A stretch of 64,000 bases of DNA from Klebsormidium nitens (Eukaryota > Plantae > Klebsormidiophyceae): contig DF237180.1 in NCBI GenBank assembly GCA_000708835.1, positions 62,001 to 126,000 of the forward strand, written 5' to 3'. Shown here in pieces: positions 37,931 to 48,830 of the stretch. A program made the position numbers and the translations under genes. The first letter of the stretch is position 1. Every line of letters starts with the position of its first letter. The notes under the pieces are model-generated. The model saw only the letters and a program-made list of their open reading frames with translations. It ran no database searches and was not told the DNA's origin.

Positions 37931-40900
37931 CTATTGTAGCCCTTCCATTTTGAGTTTCTCGTTCGACATACGCACGGTGTTCAGCCACCGCCGATTGATG
38001 CGTGCTATCTGCAAGCAAGACAGAGTTTTTGGACGTTGACAATATTCAATTCCCGAATTGCGCCTGCGGTCATCGAAGTCGGAAAGACTTGCCTCAGATG
38101 GCGACAACCTACGGGTATAGTGCGGATCTTCACATAGATTTGACCGGTACCGACACCGCGCGATGGCTATGCACCCTGGAGAGCCGAACGTGCAAGTTAG
38201 TGTCTCAAATTCAAAAACACGACATTAATCTCGACGACATCCTTGCACGAGTCAAAGTGCTGTGACGTCTTCGAACACCAAAGCCACCCTTGACTTGCGT
38301 CGGTGAATGCCGACGCTCCGAAATTTGGCTTGCTCTCGAATTCCCTGTATCTTTTAACGTCCCGACCGTCATCCGAGCAAGCTTTAACCCATCAACACCA
38401 CTGTTCATCAGTTAGACCGGCATACAGTGAGGGCATTAGAAGGAACGACTAAGCATACAAACTCATGCAAAGATTGTCTGATTATTCAGCGCGCAAAGCA
38501 TCAAGTCTGGTAGAGTCGTCCCCGCTGCCTGCGGCCGCATCTCTCGTCGTCTTACCTCCGAGTACGGCATGAGCGTTTCTGACGTCAGGCTCTGTATGGG
38601 CGGGTACACCCGGTTGGGGAACCAGTTACTGATCTGGGTTAGCGCTAACTGCCTCGCGATGCTGACCGCTGCCAGGGCACGAGACCGGGGGAAGAAGTTG
38701 TCGGTTAGCTCCGCTAGGGCTTGACCCTCGGGGACCATCAACTCGGAGTAGCGGGGCAAAGCCGCATCAATGTCGTCACGGGACTCGCTGAGGATGCGGT
38801 CTAGAGCGACGACGTCCTGGAGAGGACAAGCAGAGGGTGTGTTGCAGGAGCACGTTCAGAGACTTATCTGCATGCCCGAAAATCGGTATCTCAGTACAGT
38901 AATGCTACTGAGTCGCCCGGACAGCGATAAAATAACCGGCGACGAAACAAAAAGGAGAAAGACATGCTCAAGCGAAAGCACAAAAGCAAGCCAATAGCGA
39001 TACAACGAGATTTGAATGCTCAACCCACGTCGAAAGAACATAGACAAAGCACGAGCCAGGACGGAAAGGTTGGAAGGAAAAGCAACGGCCCCGTCGGTCA
39101 ATCCTGGTCGTTCGACCTGCCTTCAGTACGACTCCTTAAAGTCCAGCTACGGCGTATTAGCACCTTCGTCCACAAGAAGTGCAGGCTAAGATCGCCCAGA
39201 TTCAAAACACTTTTAGCAGGGACAATACGACGTCTTTGGCGGCCCGGGTCGAGTTGTGATTGTCCGAATCTCGAGTTACAGATTGTCACAGGCGGCCGAG
39301 ACAACGATGGGTACGAATTGGAAAGCCGCTTGCAACGTCAGGAATTCGCTACATTCATCTGGTAATATGCGCGAGCAATCTCACCTGAAGGGAAGAATTG
39401 GCACCCTGTCCGAGAGCTGACGAATTTGCGTGTGCAGCGTCGCCTATGAGAATCGCGCGACCGGCGGAGTCGTGGTAGCGGCTGCAGCGGACCTGCACAA
39501 AAGGCGACCACATTGGAGACTGGAAGGAGGTAGATCTAAGTTTGAAGTTCACAACGGCGCAAAGATAAAGAAAGCGGGTACTAAGTGCTTGGAATGAGCA
39601 CCTACCCCTGAACGATTGCAACGAATGTCAGCTGATTGATCAGATTTGACGAAACGGCAAGTGTCTACCTAGGTCTGGGAGGATGTAGCTGGCGACACAA
39701 AAGGCCACTTGCAAAAGGATGCCGCGTGCCGCAATAATCGATCTCCCACGAGAGACTAACAGCTTCCGCTCCGACCTATCCTGCTGGCGGAATGACGCGC
39801 CAGAGGCCAACATGATAGCCCGGGTCGCACAGTAACGATCGACTCAAACCACTCCAGCTTTGTGGGTGCCAACGCTTGGTCTATAGTCCAACTTTCGCCG
39901 AGCGTCAACTAGTTGTGGTACGGAGGGAACGATTGGTTTGGGGAAGATTTCAACCGAAGCTTGCCTGCATGTAGCCGGACGCCCTCTGCTTGAGGAAGTC
40001 TTCGGCCGCCTCGGGCGAGACTGTAATGCCGGGGATGAGGCGCTCCAAAAAGGCCGACATCTGGAAAGTGTGTAGTCAAGAGATTGTGAGGAGACGAAGC
40101 GTCGTTCGAGGACGAGAGAACAAGGCGAACACCGCCGTTGTCTTGCTACGACAATCCAGAGGCAACTCAATGTTGCATTAGATGTATCAGAAGTAAACTG
40201 AAAAATTCGTTAAAAAAAAGTTGATCTTTGAAATAACCACTTCAAAGACACTCACTGCATGTCAAGTTGACAGTACCAGTCGATCTTTAGGATAACATAT
40301 TCAGAGATACTCGCTGCAAGTCATACTGACAGTATGCCCATGCCAGAGAAAGAGGCAAATCAGATGGTGCGACCGACCCTTCCTGCGTTGGACAGTACTA
40401 CGACGCCAACCGCGCTTTCTCTTACGCCAAAGTGTAGATAGAGACTCATCACGACAATCTAAGTAGATGCAATGGCGTCTATGAGTCTAACACACTGTTG
40501 CGGAATGAGCCGAAAAAAAATGTGATCAATATTCAGATGCTGATACGTCCATAAATAAAGGCAGCTCGGGTTGACACCCACACATACACAGCACAAGGCG
40601 GAAGGCGTGCACGCAATTATTCCATTGCATTCCGCCATACCTCGTCAGTTCTCTCAATCGCCAGGAAGTCGCGCGGGGGCTTCTTGGGATCCCAGCTGAT
40701 GAGAACGGAAAGGCCGCCGTCGTTGGTGGGGATGGCGAGAGCGAACACGTCCCCTTGCGTCGGGTCCCGCTTTGCGAACAAGCCGAACGGACCCCCGCCG
40801 CTCTGTCCTGCGGCGCAAACCTGGAAGCCAGTTTGGGACCCATGCAGGCAGCCAGCGAAGTTGTCGTGGAGAGCTCAAGAGATCCAGCACATTTTGTGCA

Positions 40901-43318
40901 TGAAGCAAGACGTTACGGAAACAATATGTCAGGAAATTTGAAAAGATGATTCACAGCTCGACAGAGCGGGCTTAGTTGCCGCCAAGTCGCGGCATGAATA
41001 TCGGCGAACGTTCCGCAAACATCTTGAGGTGGAATGGACATGAACTTGTAGGGCATACTTCGTGACTTGAAAGCAGAACGGCCATTTTCGTACAAAGTCA
41101 GATGGATTCCCAAGGTGCAAAGTTAAGAGGTTCACTCGCGATCACAATTCCGGCTCTACCTCTGTTTAACATCCCTCTTTCTCATGTCCATCTTTGCAAT
41201 TAAATAAAATCGGCTTCGAACGTGAACGAAGACAGGCAGTTGAAGGCTACCGTCTTCTGTCCAGCCCAGCCAAGCTTGTCGAAGAAAAAGAGAGGAAGCG
41301 CAAGAAGATCAAGCGCACCTGGCCTTTGAAACCGATAGTTGTGCACGGCGTCGACCGCGATGCCGGGCGGACGTGGCACGTGCAGAACTTTCCACGCGTT
41401 GTCCACGCTCCGCTGCTGATAATCAAACTCACGACGCTTCAGGAACTCCAGCCGGACCGCCGACCGGACACCATCGGCACCCACGAGCAGGTCGTACGGA
41501 CACTTTTCGGACGCCGAGAAGGAAGCGGTGCGGGCCGCGAAGTCGGCTCCCAGGCAGCGGGAGTTGAAGTGCAACTGCGGAAGAGGGCAAGGATGTCAGG
41601 AACTGGGGTCTCCGGCAATTACGTGACCCAAAGGCCTTTGGATGAACTGGTCGGTTATTGCAATTGGGTATCTAAAGAACAGTTCGTTACTGGTATTGTC
41701 AGATCGCTTTCCCTCGTGCTTCGAGTTGACGTTTTGTAACAGCGTGGCCGCTAGCTTGGGCCTCAAAGCAGACAGACACGGTTTCAAACAAAGGAGGCGT
41801 TCCAAATAGAAGTGTGCAATAATCTCGGAGCCGGTTGTATTGTGCCTTCGGTTCAGTTCGGCTTAGCAGCAGAGCTAGCATTCACAAGGGCTGACGATTA
41901 ATTTGAAACCTGTTCTTAGGAAAAGTTTCTCTGAAACAGCGCAAACCGTGTGCAGATTCATCAAATGAGGAAGACACTCACTTTGAGCCGCTTTGGACCA
42001 TGCCTCCGCTCTAGCTCCGCCAGCAATGTCGCCGCCAGCTGTGACCGATTGATTAGCAGGCTTGGTTTGTCGGCTCGCCGCTTGAGATTCTGCTCCCGCT
42101 TCCCAAAGTGCAGCACGAAGCGGCTGATCTCAGCGCCCTCCTTCTGTACTAGCGGCCACAGCCCCTCTACGCCCTGGATGGCATTGCGACCACGCTCGCT
42201 GAGGCCGATGGCATACTGGCGGTTTCGGGCACTGCAAATCCAATAGAAGGGGACCCATTGAAACTGGTATGGACTTCCCTGGCTGTTGCAACCAAAGACT
42301 TGAGATAATACAAAGCAGAGAGTTTCTGAGAATCTTGAGGAGCCTGTGGGTACCAGTGGTTGAGGCCGATGCCGTGCTGGCACTCTGCTTGAGCTGAGAG
42401 ACATAGCAACACACTATTGTTGATCCAGCGCCTGGCATCAACGATTGTGTGCCCTTGCTGTCTGACTAAGTGAGGCTGATTCACTCTGCAAAGGAAGGGT
42501 AGTTCCCAACAACGATTCCCGCTGAAATTTACGCCAAGCTGCTTTAACATTCACCAATCCACTTGACTCTCAGACGAACAGGTGGACTTTGAAGCAGCTC
42601 ACGGACTCAAAATGCTGGCACGCCGTGAGACGTTCCTACGAACAGATTGAACACCGAGCTCTATGGTATGAGCAGCCATGTGTTGACACCCTTTCACTTG
42701 CAACTGGGTCCAGCTGAGAAGGTCATGGAATGCTATCCAAAGGGTTTGGCCATACACACCATGTGACCCAGCTCACTGTTCTGCAGAGACATCTCTACAT
42801 CCAGGTAACATGACGGGACCTCGTTCAGTATGGCGACAATGTGTGTAGCTCAGGAGACTGACAACAACCAGGTGGAGCCAGAGTGTGCTGTCATGCAGCT
42901 TCAAAAGCTCACTCCTCTGCTTCATTCCCCCAGCATTGACGCAAAGCCAGTAGCCCATTTTGTTGTATGCATGCAAACACCTCCACTGGAAAATCATGCA
43001 GAGACTATCTATCGCCAATTTGAACCAGCAACTCCTTGCCGGGAAAGCCTGTATGTGCCAGCATTGTGCATCGTGGGGCAAGCAAGCTGAGCACAGGCTG
43101 TACAGTTGCTGGTTCTATCTTATTTCAGCACCACTTGCAAAGTAAATTGGGAGCCACACATGACGCTTAAGAGAAGCTTACGCAATTGACTCGGTTCTCA
43201 GGTCTGGACGCGCCTCATGCAGCTCTGCTGTGTAGGCATCCCCCCGCTGGAGAAGATAGTGCGCCAGCAGCAAACCAGCTGGGCCACCCCCAACAATCAC
43301 CACATTTGCAGCAGCCAT
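37931..43318 (-). CDS. FAD-dependent monooxygenase, kynurenine 3-monooxygenase-like, about 450 aa, 8 exons
   Basis: Exons 43318-43182, 42231-41982, 41574-41319, 40807-40641, 40060-39965, 39492-39385, 38816-38556, 38008-37931; in phase, with one GC-AG intron. Flavoprotein motifs VVIVGGGPAGLLLAHYL, YAIGLSERGRNA, YDLLVGADGVRSAVR and LIGDAAHANSSALGQGANSSLQ|D. The last exon (IARINRRWLNTVRMSNEKLKMEGLQ*) is the least certain. Confidence 0.85.
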
Positions 43319-43552
43319 GGGCTTGTCAGCTTGAGCCAAGAGTTTCTGCAAAGAGTTCAGTCTAAGCTTCAACTACTAAGAAGTTTTGAGGCACCTTTGA
43401 AGAGCAGCAAATCCAGCTGGGGCGCCCTTAGAAGTGCTTGTCTGCTTGTGGAACTTTGTCACACAGCAGATGGTCGAGGCTATAGGAAGGCTGGACGAGT
43501 GTACACTGTGTAGTCCCTCGATTGGTTTACAACTGAAGAGTGGCACTAGCTG

Positions 43553-44160
43553 GCTCGTTAGGGTACCGTCATTTTGTAGCTGGTACCCCCCCATTCTTTT
43601 ATAGGGGGTACCCGTTAGAGGCCCATGACTCGGGAATTTTAGCCGCCCTGGGGGGGTGGCTAGGAGTGAGTCCGAGCTCCCTGGCGGGGAGGGGGGCGGG
43701 CTTGAGGCTTGGGCCGGCGGCCCATGCAAGCACAGGCGCTTGATTGGTCAAATACCCACATAATCATCAAAATCTGTAATGAGATGGACTCGAATATATA
43801 CGACCAGAAAGTGGGCTTTCTTGTCTTCCACCAAATGCACAGTGGGGTTGAGAAGATGCAGAAAGCAGTGCATGAGCGTGCCCAATTTAAGGTACCGGTA
43901 TGCCTCCGGTATGCATCTCCTTTTGCTTCAAATCTTCAAAAATTCCACTTCAAAAGCGGGGCCTAAAATGCGAAAATCTTGGCTTGGGGCCAGATCGAAG
44001 CTAAGTTCTGTGACCGACAAGCCAGGGGGGGGGGGGTGGCTTGGGGCTTGGTCGCCCGAAGGAGGCCACCAGGGGGTCCTAGGAAGGTAGCTTTCGAAAA
44101 AATGGTCGATTTAAGAATGGGGGGGTACCACTTACCAAATGACGATACCCTTAGGAGCTC
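43553..44160. mobile_element. MITE-like non-autonomous element with ~48-bp imperfect terminal inverted repeats
   Basis: Left arm GCTCGTTAGGGTACCGTCATTTTGTAGCTGGTACCCCCCATTCTT (43553-43597) vs reverse complement of the right arm GCTCCTAAGGGTATCGTCATTTGGTAAGTGGTACCCCCCCATTCTT (44112-44158). G-rich internal direct repeats; no coding capacity; no target-site duplication identified. Confidence 0.65.
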
Positions 44161-45017
44161 CCCGGGCAAATGAATCTTGCGATACGTCAACGGTTTTCCA
44201 AACAGGTGTCTGATTGAGGTAACGGTAATCGAGCGCTTAGTGAATTTTACTTGCTGTCTTGACAACGATCGTGCGCATGCATATTGAACCGGCGTTTTTG
44301 ACGATCCCGCCTCATCAAAGTGCCCGGTACAAGAAGAGGCTTCAATCTTTCGCACTGCCCAGCGCTAGCTACGGTAAATCTGAGGACATGTTAATCTCAT
44401 GAGTCATGTGTGTGGCGCATGCCGGGCCGGTGGCCCAGGAGCATGAGCAGCTGCAGCATGAGCCGGTGCATGTGAGACCGTGAGCCTGACGTCTTGCATT
44501 GGCAGGCGCAATCAAATAGTATACTATCTATACCTCCAATTTAAGTGGCTGTGAAATAATGGACGCCCATGTACGATGGACCGTTGCCCTTCCCATGAGG
44601 TATCTGATAAAGAAGGCAACTTCCTACTTTTTGATAAGTCTAGCACTAACAACAAACAGCCGCCCTGACATGATTACAAACATTGATGATTTTGAGCTGC
44701 GGTCTTTTCACTCTTATGAGGGCGTCCAGCTTTACAGCTTCGAAGGAATCTTGAAGCTACATAAAACGTGCATAAAACGAGTGGAGTTGCTCAGGTTGCC
44801 AGTCATACAACTTACAACTAAAATGGTCAAGTTCTACATATTGAAGATTGAAGCGGGAAAAACCCTGTGAAGCCTTGACGTATAAGTTTAAACTCGTGAC
44901 GGAGCCTCCTCCTATGATTTCGAGGACCAGGCATACTCTTCTTAATGCATTTCCTTTTTCTAACTCAATGTCAGTGCACAAACTAGCGGTTCAGTGCGCG
45001 GCAAGCTGCCAACTTAG

Positions 45018-48000
45018 TCATCTCCTGTTAGTCGGAATGACACCCCCGTAACCGTGGTATCTCATCTCGATGTACAGCTGACTCCCGGCAAATGACAGCA
45101 ACATACAGATCCACATGGCCGTCACTGAAGCCTCTGCGTTTGTGGTGCCCAACAAGAGGTGCATAAGAGGCGCCACGGGCCGCACGTATACCACAGAATA
45201 TCTGCAAACGTGACAGAGGTCAGAGATGCTAGTAAAGCGCGAAGCTTTGAATCCCCTCGATCGAAGGCCTGATCTTATTCGTATTCCAAGTACGTGGACA
45301 AATATCTCCGTTGCATTAACACCGCCCATCAGGCAAGGGCAAGCTTTTTTCACGGTATAGTCCGTTTCCCGTAAATTTATAAGGGGCTTCCTTAATGGAC
45401 TGGCGGCTCAGGAATCTACCAAACCCGCAAACCGCAATGAGAATCTAGGACGTGTGCATATGGTTGGAGGAATCAGCGTATATGAGCCAGGCGCTAAAGC
45501 AAACAAGGCCCACCGTTGCTTAAAGCGCTTCGTCTGGAAGTCAGGACAAACCTCGTCAAAAGGTAAGGATCCAGAACTACGCTTTCACCCTTACGGATTT
45601 CAGAATTTTTTGATGAGATGCCTTTCCTTTTATCCCAAATCGTTCTGAGCAAAGCGGCCAATCGAAACGGCTCTCCTCACCCGATCGCCGCAGTCCTGAT
45701 CATCCACTCGCGGTGCGCTTGCATCCTCTTCTGCTTGATGCTCCACAACGCGTTTCCGGCCGAAAACAACCAGGCCGGCGCCAGGATCGCTGACGTCACC
45801 ACAAAGCCGGGGGCCATTTCGCTGTGGGGGGACATGACGACACCAGTCACCGCTAAAATGGCCCCCGAGGCAAGAAAGGCGTATCCACTCGCCCGGTGGA
45901 AAGGGACACGTGTCAGGCGCACACGGTCGATGAACTGCAGGGGGGCCGTAACGAGGTAGACGAGGGCAAGGAGCGAGTGGGCTTGCCAAAGAAGCATGTG
46001 GTCGATGATGCCCTGGGAGTAGGTGCCCGTGTCGGGTAGGCCGTCTTGCTTGGCTGCACACGATAAGTAATACTCAGTTTAGATTGGTGTTCAGCTTTAG
46101 TGAAGTCTAATCTGCAAAATACTCCGGAAGGTATTATTTCAGAAAGATAGGCGTGGTGATATTTAGGTTTTACACGCCCAAGTTGGAAGCTGTATGTTGT
46201 AAGAATCGAGAGTTTGGAATATGCACCGCTGTTAGAACTAGTCTGCCAGAGTTTCGAAGGAAATGAAAGCTCACAAGGAGTACAGTTGTAGTCACTGTTT
46301 ACGTGAACGGGAAGGCTTTAGTCCTAAAGACAACGGTCTTCGACTCGTTGGGAAGAAGCAGATAAACTGCGGACTCGATCTCGTAGTTCATGTCGTTTCC
46401 GGCTGCACTGAGATCAAGAGGAAGAACCATCCGTGCATGCGTGCACAATGATTGCCCGTTCATTGAGCAAGAAGGGAACCAGTCAAGATTGATTTCGGTT
46501 GCAATATTCGCCCACGACTTGCTGCAATTGAAAACTACCGAAGGACATCGACTCAAACCAACATCTGAAGCGCCAATGCCGATTATCTGCATCCAGCGAA
46601 GGATCGTTTCGGTTTTCACAAACAATTCGCAGAGGGTGGTCTGCAAATTGTGTGAAAGCTAGGCCCGTGGACATCTCGAACGAAATCAATCAAAAACGCA
46701 AGCCAGCTTGCCACTACTCAGAAAGGAGTAAAGAAGCCAGGAATATTTCCACGCTTGTGAAGAAGCAGACTTTGAAGCAGAGAGAGCTTGGATGTGCCAA
46801 GCCAGTTGGGAGAATTCAATTTCATCAGGGCCCAAGGGGTTGAGGGTAAGAGGCAAGCTGGCTAAAAGATGGAATATAAACAATCCTATGTAGGCAACCG
46901 AGATCGTTTTGAAACAATTCTTTGTGGCACAGATCTCACCTGGACTAATTTCTCTAATTGCAGGCTCGTATGCCAGGACATAGATCTGCAATGCATCAAT
47001 TTCAGTCAGTTAGTCATCTCTCTGGCTGACTACTAAAGTTGAAAAGTCATGCTGATTGCCTTCACCTGCCAATTTTGCCAAAGCAGGGAGCGGCTTGTCA
47101 GACCTCAATTGACCTTGTGGATTGCTTTTGAGCAGGACAAAATGAAAATTGTCATCAAATAACAAAAAGCACAGTAATTGAAGATGAATAGCCCTAGCCA
47201 ATGTCAACATGTACAACTACTACGTCCCCCAACTGTGCCCCCAACTTTCATACCACTGAAAGCTACGCCGAGGTCTTAAGAGGCTAACCAAGGCATTACA
47301 AGCTGTTGCAGAGGGCCCTGACTTTGAAAAGGATGTAATGCTAGTTTGGAGTAATCTGTGGTCAGATACTCAATGGCCTTTCAATGGAAGAGCCTCAATC
47401 TTATGTAGGTTCAGAATCTTTTGTTGAGAGTAGAACACATTGACTGGACTGCATGATGATAAACAAGCTGAAAGAACCTGGACCTCTCTGAAGCACATGA
47501 TCAAGCAGAAAACTTTTGAGGATCTGTCTGGACGTTGGCCAAGAAAGGAGCCCTCAATCTCTTTTCGTGAGTACTGCCAACGCGTGCAGCGGAACCATAC
47601 ACACGACTTGTCGAACATTAAACATATGGACTGTACAAGTTTCAGTCTCAACCACTGAGCGTCAGCCAACTGGAAACTCCAACAATGCAGGAAATAGGCA
47701 CCACCACTGCAGCCTGCTAAACACAGTACTATCAGCTAGAGACAGATAATTCACAATACACGGGTCCCTGTTCACTATGGAAAGGTGACAAGTCTTTTTG
47801 ATAGAAGGGTAAAGCCTCACCATAGCATACGCAGCGAACGGGACCGACAGGATCACTGTGGCCCACCACCAGAAGTTTGGCAAGAAAGAGGTGATAAAGT
47901 GACGTGCGCGGCGTTGAAGAGGTGACAATCTCGGCTGGTCCGCTTCGCCTTTGAGCTCGCTGCGACTTTTTGTAGGTGCTGGAAATCCATTTGTTCCAAC

Positions 48001-48066
48001 ATGGCTTGTTGGTTGCACAGTTTCTGCTTTTGAGGCAGCGGCAGCGTGCCGCTCCTGGACCGCCAT
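45018..48066 (-). CDS. DUF2306-family predicted membrane protein, about 282 aa, 4 exons
   Basis: Exons 48066-47821, 46985-46940, 46053-45681, 45201-45018; in phase. Motifs AHSLLALVYLVTAPLQF...RVPFHRASGYAF and IKQKRMQAHREWMIRTAAIG|YSVVYVRP match the DUF2306 H...PLQF...HR..G and AHRxWMxR pattern; several hydrophobic segments. Confidence 0.8.
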
Positions 48067-48830
48067 TCTTCTCCAACACGCTGTTGCTAGCTCCTGCTTT
48101 CCAGTATCTCCAACCTTGTCAATGTGCAGTGAACAACGGCGGCAGAGCTCTGCCAAGCTAGCTGCAGATGCTCCTACAGACTGGTTGACTGCGAACGACC
48201 GAGATGTCGTTTTCTGCTACCGTACCTGCATTTGATTTCGGCGAAAAATAAATAATTATTTGGCCGGCTGAAATTTTCAGAAAATATCTTGGGGCGATAA
48301 TGGTTCGATAATGTATTTTTGCAGGTAACGTCGAGCCTGCTGAAAGGGATAAAAGTTTCATAATTAACTATTTTGCGTCGAAGGTGCCGAAATCAAATAC
48401 AGGTACGGACCACGGTACTGGCAGCTGAGGAAGTGCAGCTGCTCATCTACCGCCTCACCTCCACATCCACAAACGGGTTCTGCCAGATGGTTAATATTGT
48501 GACCCGACCAAGCTATCGACGCCAGCTGTGGACTTGAAGAACCGGCAGGCCGCGCTAAAGCATGTCGGCTGTCTGCTTGGCGAAGAACCGGCCGCCCCAG
48601 CGAGCTTTCTGACAATCCAGCAAAAAGGAACTCCCCAAACCCGGAAGTTGAACTTGAAGTTGAACCTGCGCTCGACCTTGCGGAGCTCAGCAGATTCAGC
48701 TGGAGTCGAGCCGAGCAGCATTGAGCTCGATCATGAAAGGCTTTATTCATTTTCAGCTTTAGATTCTGGCAGCTATAGAGAGAGATTCAAAATCATAGAC
48801 GCACTCGGGGACACTTCCTGATCCTGGAAA
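48067..48830. promoter_or_regulatory. Probable divergent promoter region between the DUF2306 and FEY-like genes
   Basis: Head-to-head ATGs 765 bp apart. Inferred from geometry only. Confidence 0.35.

Noticed and set aside
38463-38555. Monooxygenase ending by read-through (..PYSEVRRREMRPQ...FA*)
   Set aside because: A strong GAG|GTAAGA donor and an in-phase downstream exon giving a family-like C-terminus are preferred; read-through remains possible.
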